Source: Sphingomonas sanxanigenens
GTDB lineage: Bacteria; Pseudomonadota; Alphaproteobacteria; Sphingomonadales; Sphingomonadaceae
DNA length: 64,000 nucleotides
Reading direction: 5' to 3'
NCBI GenBank assembly: GCA_003240855.1
Contig: QFNN01000003.1
Location: forward strand, 5,413 to 69,412
Part shown: piece by piece, positions 19,775-28,106 of the stretch
How positions within the stretch are numbered: the stretch's first letter is position 1
Layout: every line of letters begins with the position of its first letter
Notes under the pieces: generated by a model
Told to the model about the DNA's origin: nothing
Database searches by the model: none
Seen by the model: only the letters and a program-made list of their open reading frames with translations
Program-made: the position numbers and the translations under genes

Positions 19775-22018
19775 ATGAGAAAACCGAAACCCGCCGGCCT
19801 GCCCTCGCGCGAGCAGATCATCCGCTTCATCACTGAATCCGAAACACCGGCGGGCAAGCGCGAGATCGCGCGCGCCTTCGGGCTTCACGGAGCGGAAAAG
19901 ATCGCACTCAAGGCATTGTTGAAAGACATGGCCGACGAGGGGCTGATCGATGGCGCACCCGGGCGCGCTTTCCACAAAATGGGTGGAATCCCCAAGGTCA
20001 CCGTGCTGCGGGTCACCGACGTCGACGAGGATGGTCAGGCCTGGGCCGTGCCGGAGCGCTGGGAAGCCGAATCCCCCGAGCCGCGCCTGCGCGTGAAGGA
20101 GAAGTCGCGCAAGGGGGCGCTCGGCCCGGGCGATCGTATCCTTGCGCGCACCGAGGAGGCAGGGCGCGGCTGGATCGCCCATCCGATGAAGAAGCTGCTG
20201 CGCGGCAGCGAGTTGATGCTTGGCGTGTTGCATGACGAAGGCGGGAAGTTCTGGCTGCAGGGCGTGGAGAAGAAGGAGCGGCGTGACTTTCCGGTCTCTG
20301 ATGTGGGCGAGGCGAAGGCGGGCGATCTGGTGCTTGCCGAAAAGACGGGGCGGCCGCCGCGTATCACCGCGCGTGTCACCGAACGCCTCGGTGATCCCTT
20401 CGAGCCTCGCAGTTTTTCGCTGATCGCGATCCATAAGCTCGGCATCCCCAATATTTTCCCAGAGGCCGCGATCGACGAGGCGAAGAAGGTCGCGCGCCAG
20501 TCGCTGGGCGTCATAGCGTCGAGCGAGCATGCTGACAGCGACGAACGCGAGGATCTGCGCCATCTGCCGATCGTCGCGATTGATCCTGCGGACGCGCGCG
20601 ACCATGACGACGCGGTCTGGGCCGAGCCGCTGGAGGATGGCGGCTGGCGTGCGATCGTCGCGATCGCCGACGTCAGTTTTTACGTCCGCCCCGGATCAGC
20701 GCTCGATCGTGAGGCGCGCAAGCGGGGCAACAGCGTCTATTTCCCCGATCGCGTCGTTCCGATGCTGCCCGAGGAATTGAGCGCCGACATCTGTTCGCTG
20801 AAACAGGGCGTGGAGCGGGCGGCGCTCGCCTGCCATCTGATCATTTCGGACAAGGGCAAGGTGACCGGCTGGCGCTTCACGCGCGCGGTCGTCCGGCTTG
20901 CGGCCAATATCGCCTATGAGGACGCCCAGGCCGCGATCGACGGTGCAGCCAGCCCGGTGCCCGCCGAACTGGTCGAATCTGCGCTGCACCCGCTGTGGGC
21001 CTGCTGGCAGGCCCTGTCCAGGGCGCGTGCCGATCGCGCCCCGCTCGACCTCGATCTGCCCGAACGGCGGATCATGCTTGATGAAAAGGGGCGGATTCTT
21101 TCGGTCGCCCCGCGCGAGCGCCTTGATGCGCACAAGCTGATCGAGGATTATATGATCGCCGCCAATGTTGCGGCGGCGAAGGCGCTCGAAGCGAAAAAGG
21201 CGCCGGTCATGTACCGCGATCACGAGCCGCCGGCGCGCGAGAAGCTGGTCGCGCTCAAGGACTATCTGGAGACTTTCGGCGTCGAGTTCGCGCTGGGGCA
21301 GGTCATCCGTCCGGCGACGTTCAACCGCGTGATCGAGCGGGTAGGAGACGCCGATTTTCGCCCGCAGGTGATGGAGCAGATACTGCGCACCCAGACGCAG
21401 GCTTATTATGCGCCCGCCAATACTGGCCATTTCGGGCTGGCGCTGGGCAGCTACGCCCATTTCACCAGCCCGATCCGCCGCTATGCCGATCTGCTGGTCC
21501 ACCGTGCGCTTGTCGGAGCCTATCGATTGGGGCCGGGGGCGCTCACATCCGACGAAGCGACATCGATGGAAAAGATCGGCGAGTCGATCAGCCAGCTCGA
21601 ACGCCGCGCGATGGAGGCCGAACGGGATACGATCGACCGTTATGTCGCCGCCTATCTTGCCGGCAAGGTCGGGGAGATCGTCGATACGCGGATAACCGGC
21701 GTCCAGCCTTTCGGTTTTTTCGCTACCGTCGAGGGTTTGGGCGGCGACGGACTCGTGCCGGCGTCCACGCTCGGCCAGGATTATTTCCGATATGACGAAG
21801 CAACCCACAGCCTGACCGGAGAGGATAGCGGAACATGTTTCTCGCTTGGTCAGCGGCTTAAGCTTCGCCTCGCGCAAGCCGATCCGGTGAGCGGCGCGCT
21901 GCGGTTTGAATTGCCGGAAGGCGGCGGAAAGCCGGGAATCCATCGCAACGGACCACGCGTGATCAAGCGACGAGGCCGTCCGGCGAATGTGCGCGCAAAG
22001 GGTGTGCGGCGCAAATAA
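19775..22018 (+). CDS. rnr: ribonuclease R
   Basis: 747 aa with cold-shock-like domains, an RNB catalytic domain (IDPADARDHDDAV) and a C-terminal S1 domain with a basic tail. Confidence 0.95.
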   Translation: MRKPKPAGLPSREQIIRFITESETPAGKREIARAFGLHGAEKIALKALLKDMADEGLIDGAPGRAFHKMGGIPKVTVLRVTDVDEDGQAWAVPERWEAESPEPRLRVKEKSRKGALGPGDRILARTEEAGRGWIAHPMKKLLRGSELMLGVLHDEGGKFWLQGVEKKERRDFPVSDVGEAKAGDLVLAEKTGRPPRITARVTERLGDPFEPRSFSLIAIHKLGIPNIFPEAAIDEAKKVARQSLGVIASSEHADSDEREDLRHLPIVAIDPADARDHDDAVWAEPLEDGGWRAIVAIADVSFYVRPGSALDREARKRGNSVYFPDRVVPMLPEELSADICSLKQGVERAALACHLIISDKGKVTGWRFTRAVVRLAANIAYEDAQAAIDGAASPVPAELVESALHPLWACWQALSRARADRAPLDLDLPERRIMLDEKGRILSVAPRERLDAHKLIEDYMIAANVAAAKALEAKKAPVMYRDHEPPAREKLVALKDYLETFGVEFALGQVIRPATFNRVIERVGDADFRPQVMEQILRTQTQAYYAPANTGHFGLALGSYAHFTSPIRRYADLLVHRALVGAYRLGPGALTSDEATSMEKIGESISQLERRAMEAERDTIDRYVAAYLAGKVGEIVDTRITGVQPFGFFATVEGLGGDGLVPASTLGQDYFRYDEATHSLTGEDSGTCFSLGQRLKLRLAQADPVSGALRFELPEGGGKPGIHRNGPRVIKRRGRPANVRAKGVRRK

Positions 22019-22088
22019 CCTGAAAGCATTTGCAGTAATGTAACACTTATGTCGCACAATCATCATCTCTATGCAAAGAAGGAGAGAG

Positions 22089-22454
22089 ATGATGATCAAG
22101 ACCGTTCTCGCCCTTGTCGGCGCCGCGTCCGTCGTCACGACGGGCGCGGCTGCGCAAACCGCCCCCAGCCAGGCGCAAACCTATGGCTTCAACGCGATCG
22201 CGCGCGGTGATCTCAATGCCGCCGAAGCGCGCCTCATCGCCCAGCGCGCCGAAGAGCCCAACGAGCCGTCGGTGCTGCTCAATCTAGCTTATATCTATGG
22301 CCGCACCGGCCGGGCTGACGAAGCCACGGTGCTTTACAATCAGATTCTCGCCAGCGACGATGTGCTGATGGTCTCCGGCAAGGGAGAGCAGATCGGGTCG
22401 CACGCGCTGGCGCGCAAGGCGATGAACCGCACGACCGGCATAGCCTCGCGCTAA
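22089..22454 (+). CDS. small secreted protein with one TPR-like motif
   Basis: Start set at MMIKTVLALVGAASVVTTGAAAQ (signal peptide), preceded by AAGGAGAGAG. There is a TPR-like stretch, LLNLAYIYGRTGRADEATVLYNQIL. Confidence 0.55.
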   Translation: MMIKTVLALVGAASVVTTGAAAQTAPSQAQTYGFNAIARGDLNAAEARLIAQRAEEPNEPSVLLNLAYIYGRTGRADEATVLYNQILASDDVLMVSGKGEQIGSHALARKAMNRTTGIASR

Positions 22455-23281
22455 TCGACGGGCGGGCTGTCCAATGTGGAAAGCTCGCCGATCGCTTTCA
22501 GGATAATCGCGAACAGGCGGTCCTCGTCGCCGGGTCCGGCAAAGCCGTGCGAAGCGGTGGGGACCGTCGTTACGCTGATCCGCGCGCGGGCGGTGGCGAA
22601 AGGTGGTTTGCGCCACTCGGCTGCGAAGGCCATCGCCGTCATGTCCCGCTCCGCGAGGATGATCTGCGCGGGCGGCGCATCGGTGAGCGCGGCAGCAAGT
22701 CGCATGACCAGTGGTTGCGCTGAGGCGGGGTGAGCCGCGCGCGACAGGCCCAGCGCCAATTTGCCAAGGTCGATCCTGCCGCGCTGCAGCGCGCGCCAAG
22801 CCGCCGGATCGCGTAGCCGCCGCGCATAATGCCGCCGGATCGCACCGGGGGGCGGCAATCCGTCGTCGTTTTCGACCGCCCAGGGATTGGAGAGGATCAG
22901 GGCGTCGAGCCGAGCATCATTATGGAAAAAAGCGAGCGCTGTCGCGGCATCGCAATTGCCGAAGCCGATCAGGCGCGAGACATGCGGGCAGGCGGCGCGG
23001 AACGCGGCTGCTGCTGCGGCGATGTCGGCCGCGCTGGCGGTAAAGCCGTCATTCTCGCCTCCGCTGTCGCCCACGCCGCGCCGGTCGAAGCGAAAGACGG
23101 GGATTCCGCGCGCCGACAGATGCGCGGCCAGGCGCGCCATCCCGGCATGCGCGCCGGCGCGGATTTCGTTCCCCCCCGATACGATCAGCAGACCTGTTCC
23201 ACCGGACGCCGTATCCAGTGTCGCGGCGCAGATTTCATCTTCACACGAAAAGTTCAGGATATAGCGCAAGATTTTGACCAA
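22451..23281 (-). CDS. alpha/beta-hydrolase-fold protein, 'hydrolase 1, exosortase A system-associated' type
   Basis: N-terminus LNFSCEDE...LLIVSGG, elbow GFGNCDAA (Cys110, nt 22952-22954) and a C-terminal ASHGF His. Gene context supports the call. The apparent start is TTG. Confidence 0.8.
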   Translation of the reverse strand: MVKILRYILNFSCEDEICAATLDTASGGTGLLIVSGGNEIRAGAHAGMARLAAHLSARGIPVFRFDRRGVGDSGGENDGFTASAADIAAAAAAFRAACPHVSRLIGFGNCDAATALAFFHNDARLDALILSNPWAVENDDGLPPPGAIRRHYARRLRDPAAWRALQRGRIDLGKLALGLSRAAHPASAQPLVMRLAAALTDAPPAQIILAERDMTAMAFAAEWRKPPFATARARISVTTVPTASHGFAGPGDEDRLFAIILKAIGELSTLDSPPVD

Positions 23282-23913
23282 TATATAATATCTTGCACGA
23301 TCCAGTTCGTCAGATCGGGATCGTCGCCAGGTTCAGCGCGTCGCCAGATAGGCGCGAAGTCGATATAGGCGTCGGCGGGTGCAGGATCATCTGCGGTGCG
23401 GATCGTCCGCGCCTTGTTCGACGCCATAGGAACCGCCGCTATCAACTCGGCATGAAGCTCGCGGCCCACCCGGTGCCCGCCGCGCAACAAATAGGGGGCA
23501 TCCGCAGCGTCGGCTTCGCCGCCGACAAGTCGCCCGCGATCAAGGTCGCGGATCAGCGCCGCTCCCGCGACAGGGGACAGCCGCCAATGCGGAATATCGC
23601 CTGCCGCGTCGTCGATCAGCGCGCCGCCCCTAAACGCGATCGTGAAAGCGGGAGCGGCTGCAGCCGCGATTGCCGCCCGCCAGTCTTTCAAGCGCGCATT
23701 GGCCAGGTCGCTCAGGCTCTCGCCGAGCCCGGCGAGTACCGGCATCCGTGTGCCGATGCCGTTCATAGCAAGCGTTCGCATCGCCTGCGCGATCACGCGG
23801 CGCATGCGGTTATGCTCATCGAATAAGGGAGGTATAACAATACCCTGAACGGGATTGTCATCGCCATATATCAATTCGAGTTCGCCGAACCCATCGGGGC
23901 CGGCGAAGCGCAT
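23254..23913 (-). CDS. alpha/beta-hydrolase-fold protein, 'hydrolase 2, exosortase A system-associated' type
   Basis: 219 aa with IVIPPLFDEHNRMRR...LAGLGES and an elbow-position AFRGGA (nt 23620-23634) that has no Ser or Cys. Its start overlaps the ACP stop (TGATG). Confidence 0.7.
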   Translation of the reverse strand: MRFAGPDGFGELELIYGDDNPVQGIVIPPLFDEHNRMRRVIAQAMRTLAMNGIGTRMPVLAGLGESLSDLANARLKDWRAAIAAAAAPAFTIAFRGGALIDDAAGDIPHWRLSPVAGAALIRDLDRGRLVGGEADAADAPYLLRGGHRVGRELHAELIAAVPMASNKARTIRTADDPAPADAYIDFAPIWRRAEPGDDPDLTNWIVQDIIYWSKSCAIS

Positions 23914-24182
23914 CAGGCGAGCACTTTGCGCGTGACGAAGGCCACCAGCGCGCCGAAGCTTTCGAGCATCTCGCCGTCCACCTCATCATCCTCGATGATG
24001 ATGCCCAACCTGTCCTCAATCTCCGTCAACAGCCCCGCGACCGCCATTGAATCAAGTTCAGGCATTGCGCCGAACAGCGGCGTTGCCGGTTCCAGCGCGG
24101 CGGCGCGCGCATCGGACAGCGCCAGCACGTCACGCAATGCGCCGCGCACTCCGGCCTCGATCCGTTCACGCTCGTCAGTCAC
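23913..24182 (-). CDS. dedicated acyl carrier protein (exosortase A-associated type)
   Basis: 89-aa acidic protein with the phosphopantetheine-attachment motif ELDSMA (Ser45, nt 24048-24050). Confidence 0.85.
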   Translation of the reverse strand: MTDERERIEAGVRGALRDVLALSDARAAALEPATPLFGAMPELDSMAVAGLLTEIEDRLGIIIEDDEVDGEMLESFGALVAFVTRKVLA

Positions 24183-24211
24183 TCATGCTCTCCGTCAATT
24201 CCACGCGCCGG

Positions 24212-25243
24212 TTAGTCGACGCGGCGTCCCCGGACAAGGGCGGAAAGCCATGCCCAGGCCGCGCGCGGCCAGGCAGTGGGGCGCGAAAGATTGAATAGAT
24301 CGACGCGCTGCAAAACCCGTTTCTCGTCCATCCAGTCAGCCTTGTAGGCATCGTCGCCCGTGCCGAAGTCGATTGTCTGAACGCCGTCCATGTCGATCGC
24401 GCGCTCGAACATGGCCGCGCTAAGCACCGTGCCGGGGGAATGTTCTCGCGCATCCTCGGCATGCGCGAGTTTGTGGATGATCGCGACGCCGTTCTCGACC
24501 GTCCAAAGCTGGGCCGCTATCGGTCGCCCGCCGAGCCGCGCCACGCCGATCCTCAGCGTGCCGGCTCCGCCTTCCTCTTCGGCGAAGTTTCGCAAAAAGG
24601 TGGGGGAGCCTTCGGCTGGTTTCCAGCTTTCGCCATAAACCTGTTCATAGGCATCCCATGCGGCGGCGTCGAAATGGTCGAAAATCTCGATGCCCAGGTC
24701 GGTGCGCTTGCGCTCGACGGTCGAGCGAAGCTGGCCGGGGCGCGCCGCCCAATATTCGCTGAAGATTCGGCCATTCACGTTCAGTCGCCAATTCGCGGTC
24801 GCCGGACGCACGATGCTGAGCCATCCCGCGCGGCGGAAGGCGCGCGCCAGCGCCTGCGCTTCTTCGTCCGGAACCGGGCTGAGCGAAATGCTGGCGATGC
24901 CGAGCGCGGGCGCGCGCAGCCGGCGCGCAATCGCGCGGAGCAGCCGGCGTTTGAGCAGCGCATCGGGCGTCGCCGAATAGACGGGGGAAAAGGCCAGCGT
25001 GTACCAGCTCGCCAGAGGAACCAGACGGTCGCGCCGTTCGCGTGCGAGGAACAGCCAGGCATCGGCGCCATCGGAGCGTGCGCGGATCATCAGCGGAGCG
25101 ATCCCCGGCGGGACAAGCGCCCATGTGCGTCGGAACCAGCCGAGCCGATCGAAAGGCGCGGGCTGAGCGTTGCGATCAAGCGTGCCGCGCGCCACCTTGG
25201 CGACGGCGTCGAGATCGTCGAAACATTCCCCCTTGACCAACAA
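24212..25243 (-). CDS. GNAT-superfamily acyltransferase, CelD/FemAB-like
   Basis: 343 aa. The C-terminal domain ...IIHKLAHAEDAREHSPGTVL...TIDFGTGDDAYKADW resembles the FemAB-like protein at 34726..35781. The apparent start is TTG. Confidence 0.75.
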   Translation of the reverse strand: MLVKGECFDDLDAVAKVARGTLDRNAQPAPFDRLGWFRRTWALVPPGIAPLMIRARSDGADAWLFLARERRDRLVPLASWYTLAFSPVYSATPDALLKRRLLRAIARRLRAPALGIASISLSPVPDEEAQALARAFRRAGWLSIVRPATANWRLNVNGRIFSEYWAARPGQLRSTVERKRTDLGIEIFDHFDAAAWDAYEQVYGESWKPAEGSPTFLRNFAEEEGGAGTLRIGVARLGGRPIAAQLWTVENGVAIIHKLAHAEDAREHSPGTVLSAAMFERAIDMDGVQTIDFGTGDDAYKADWMDEKRVLQRVDLFNLSRPTAWPRAAWAWLSALVRGRRVD

Positions 25244-25295
25244 GGCGCTATCGCTCCTCCCGACCGTCAGACGTTAAGCAGAGGATGAGGCGCGG

Positions 25296-26810
25296 GTGCA
25301 AGCCCCGGATTCCACAACAAGGGCCGAACCGAGGCCGATCGACCGCATAGCGCTGTCAGGCGCGGGCGATGCGCCGGCGCTCGCGATGCGGGATCTGGTG
25401 CTCGATTATGCAGAGCTTGAAGATCGCGTCGCCAGGCTTGCGGCATGGATACGTGCGCAGGGGGTAGCGACCGGTGATCGGGTGGCGAGCTGGCTGCCGA
25501 AAAACGTCGAGGCGTGCCTGATGCCGCTGGCGGCGGCGCGCGCAGAGGCGATCCACATCCCGATCAACCCGTTGCTCAAGCGCGCGCAGGTCGCGCATAT
25601 CCTTGCCGATAGCGGCACAAGGCTGCTGCTGACGGGCGCAGGCCGGGCCGCCACGCTCGAGCCGGGGGATTTGCCCGAAAGCTGCGCGCTGGCGATCGAT
25701 GCCGCGATCACGCCGCCGTCGGAAGGCCTGCCGCCATCCGACGCCGATCCGTCGGCGCTTGCCGCGATCCTTTATACGTCGGGGTCGACCGGCCTGCCCA
25801 AGGGCGTGATGCTCAGCCATGCCAATCTCTGGCTCGGCGCGATCTCGGTTGCGACCTATCTCAAGCTGTCGCCAGTCGATCGTGTGCTGTGCGTCCTGCC
25901 GCTGAGCTTCGACTATGGCCAGAATCAGCTTTTATCGACCTGGGCGGCGGGCGGCTGCGCTGTTCCTCTCGACTATCTGGCGCCGCGCGATGTCGTTCGC
26001 GCTGTCGAGCGCGAGGCGATCACCACGCTCGCGGGCGTGCCTCCGCTCTGGCTGCAACTTGTCGAGGTGGAATGGCCGGCGGAAACCGCGGCGCGCCTGA
26101 AGCGGCTGACCAATTCGGGGGGGGCGCTCACTCCGCCGCTGGTGCGCGCCCTGCGCGCGACTTTCCCGGCGGCCGACATTTACGCGATGTACGGGCTGAC
26201 CGAGGCGTTCAGGTCGACCTATCTTGATCCGGCGTTGATCGACGCGCACCCCGATTCCGTGGGTAACGCCATCCCCTTCGCCGAGGTTATGATCGTGCGT
26301 CCGGACGGCAGCCCGGCCGGTGCGGATGAGCCGGGAGAACTCGTCCATGCCGGGCCGCTGGTGGCGCAGGGATATTGGCGCGATCCCGAACGCACCGCGC
26401 TGCGCTTCCGCCCGGCTCCGCCTGCGTCGCATTATGGCGGTACGGCGGTGTGGTCGGGCGATACGGCGCTGCGCGGAGCGGACGGGCTGATCCGTTTCGT
26501 CGGCCGGGACGACGAGATGATCAAATCCTCGGGCAACCGCATCAGCCCTGCCGAGATCGAAAGCGCCGCCATCGCAAGCGGCGCAACGGGGGAGGCCGTT
26601 GCGATCGGGGTGAAAGACGCGCGGCTGGGGCAGGCGGTGCTCCTCGTCGCGCGCGGAGACGGCAGCGGCGAGGATGCGCTGAAGAGCTGGCTGAAACGCG
26701 AACTTCCCGCCTATATGCAGCCGCGCGAGATCGTCTGGCGTAGCGAATTGCCGCGCAATCCCAATGGCAAGCTCGATCGGGCGGGGCTGAGGAAGGAACT
26801 GGCGTCATGA
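25296..26810 (+). CDS. AMP-forming acyl-CoA/acyl-carrier ligase (exosortase A system-associated type)
   Basis: Adenylate-forming core motifs ILYTSGSTGLPKGVMLSH, YGLTEA, GD...GRDDEMIKSSG and PRNPNGKLDR. GTG start. Confidence 0.88.
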   Translation: MQAPDSTTRAEPRPIDRIALSGAGDAPALAMRDLVLDYAELEDRVARLAAWIRAQGVATGDRVASWLPKNVEACLMPLAAARAEAIHIPINPLLKRAQVAHILADSGTRLLLTGAGRAATLEPGDLPESCALAIDAAITPPSEGLPPSDADPSALAAILYTSGSTGLPKGVMLSHANLWLGAISVATYLKLSPVDRVLCVLPLSFDYGQNQLLSTWAAGGCAVPLDYLAPRDVVRAVEREAITTLAGVPPLWLQLVEVEWPAETAARLKRLTNSGGALTPPLVRALRATFPAADIYAMYGLTEAFRSTYLDPALIDAHPDSVGNAIPFAEVMIVRPDGSPAGADEPGELVHAGPLVAQGYWRDPERTALRFRPAPPASHYGGTAVWSGDTALRGADGLIRFVGRDDEMIKSSGNRISPAEIESAAIASGATGEAVAIGVKDARLGQAVLLVARGDGSGEDALKSWLKRELPAYMQPREIVWRSELPRNPNGKLDRAGLRKELAS

Positions 26811-28033
26811 AGCCGATGGGGCCGATCCCGCCCGATTTTCAACGCCAGCGGGGCATTCTCACGATTGGCGGGCAAAGCGTTGCTGCGTTGGCGGCGGAGG
26901 CGGGCGATACGCCTTTCTTCGCCTATGATCTGGGCGTCATCCGCGCGCGGGTCGCCCGGTTGCGAGCGGCGTTGCCAGCATCAGTCGCGATCCATTATGC
27001 GATCAAAGCCAATCCCTTTGCGCCGCTGGTGACGGCGATGGCCGGGCTGGTCGACGGGCTCGACGTCGCATCCGAAGGCGAACTGGCGCTGGCACTTGCA
27101 TCGGGTGGGGAGGAGATTTCCTTCGCCGGTCCCGGCAAACGGGACCGCGAGCTTGAGGCGGCGATCCTCGCAGGTGCGACGCTCAACCTTGAATCCGAAG
27201 GCGAGGCTGATCGTGCGCTGGCGATCGCCGATCGGATCGGTATTGCACCGCGCCTTGCCGTTCGCGTGAACCCCGATTTCGACCTGCGTGGTTCGGGGAT
27301 GCGGATGGGAGGCGGCGCAAAGCCCTTTGGCGTCGATGCAGAGCGCGTGCCCGCTTTGGTGAGGCGTCTGGTCGCCGCAGGCGTGGACTGGCGCGGCTTC
27401 CATATTTTCGCCGGATCGCAGGCGCTCGATCCTCAGGCGATCATCGAAACGCAGGCTGCGACCGTCGCGCTTGCCGCGCAACTGGCCGAATCCGCAGGCG
27501 CGCCGCCGCCATTGGTCAATCTCGGCGGTGGTTTCGGCGTACCCTATTTTGCGGGTGATGAGGCGCTCGATGTCGAGGCGGTTGGCCGCGCCCTTGCGGA
27601 TACGCTCGCCGCGCGCCCGGCGATCCTGGCGGACAGCCGGTTCGCAATCGAACTGGGGCGCTGGCTGGTCGCCGAAAGCGGCGTCTATGTGACGCGCATC
27701 GTTGACCGGAAAGTGAGCCATGGCGATATTTTCCTCGTCGTCGACGGCGGCCTGCATCATCAACTCGCCGCCAGCGGCAATTTCGGCACGGTCGTCCGTC
27801 GTAATTATCCCGCTGCGATCGCCACGCGCCTGGGCGAGCCGGCCGTCGAGGAAGCAAGCATCGTCGGCTGCCTTTGCACTCCTCTTGACCGATTGGCCGA
27901 CAAGGTCGCGCTCCCGCATGCCGAGGTCGGCGATCTGGTCGCGATCTTCATGGCCGGGGCCTATGGAGCCAGCGCCAGCCCCGCTGCTTTCCTTGGTCAC
28001 AAGCCTGCCGCCGAATTGCTCGTCGAGGGCTGA
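26807..28033 (+). CDS. PLP-dependent decarboxylase, Orn/DAP/Arg decarboxylase fold (exosortase A system-associated type)
   Basis: PLP-Lys motif HYAIKANP, GGGFGVPY, and a C-terminal CTPLD motif. It has an ATGA overlap with the ligase gene. Confidence 0.88.
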   Translation: MKPMGPIPPDFQRQRGILTIGGQSVAALAAEAGDTPFFAYDLGVIRARVARLRAALPASVAIHYAIKANPFAPLVTAMAGLVDGLDVASEGELALALASGGEEISFAGPGKRDRELEAAILAGATLNLESEGEADRALAIADRIGIAPRLAVRVNPDFDLRGSGMRMGGGAKPFGVDAERVPALVRRLVAAGVDWRGFHIFAGSQALDPQAIIETQAATVALAAQLAESAGAPPPLVNLGGGFGVPYFAGDEALDVEAVGRALADTLAARPAILADSRFAIELGRWLVAESGVYVTRIVDRKVSHGDIFLVVDGGLHHQLAASGNFGTVVRRNYPAAIATRLGEPAVEEASIVGCLCTPLDRLADKVALPHAEVGDLVAIFMAGAYGASASPAAFLGHKPAAELLVEG

Positions 28034-28106
28034 CTAACGCTATCTTCACTCTTCCGGCGCATAGCGCATCCTGAACCCGCGCGCCCCAAATCCGTGCGGG
28101 AACAGG

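Noticed and set aside
28034-28106. Possible sigma-54 promoter (GG-N10-GC) ahead of the EPS export operon, as expected for PrsR-type control
   Set aside because: The only GG...GC candidate (CCGGCGCATAGCGCATCC) has the wrong spacing and lacks the TGGCAC/TTGCW context. There is no support from sequence alone.
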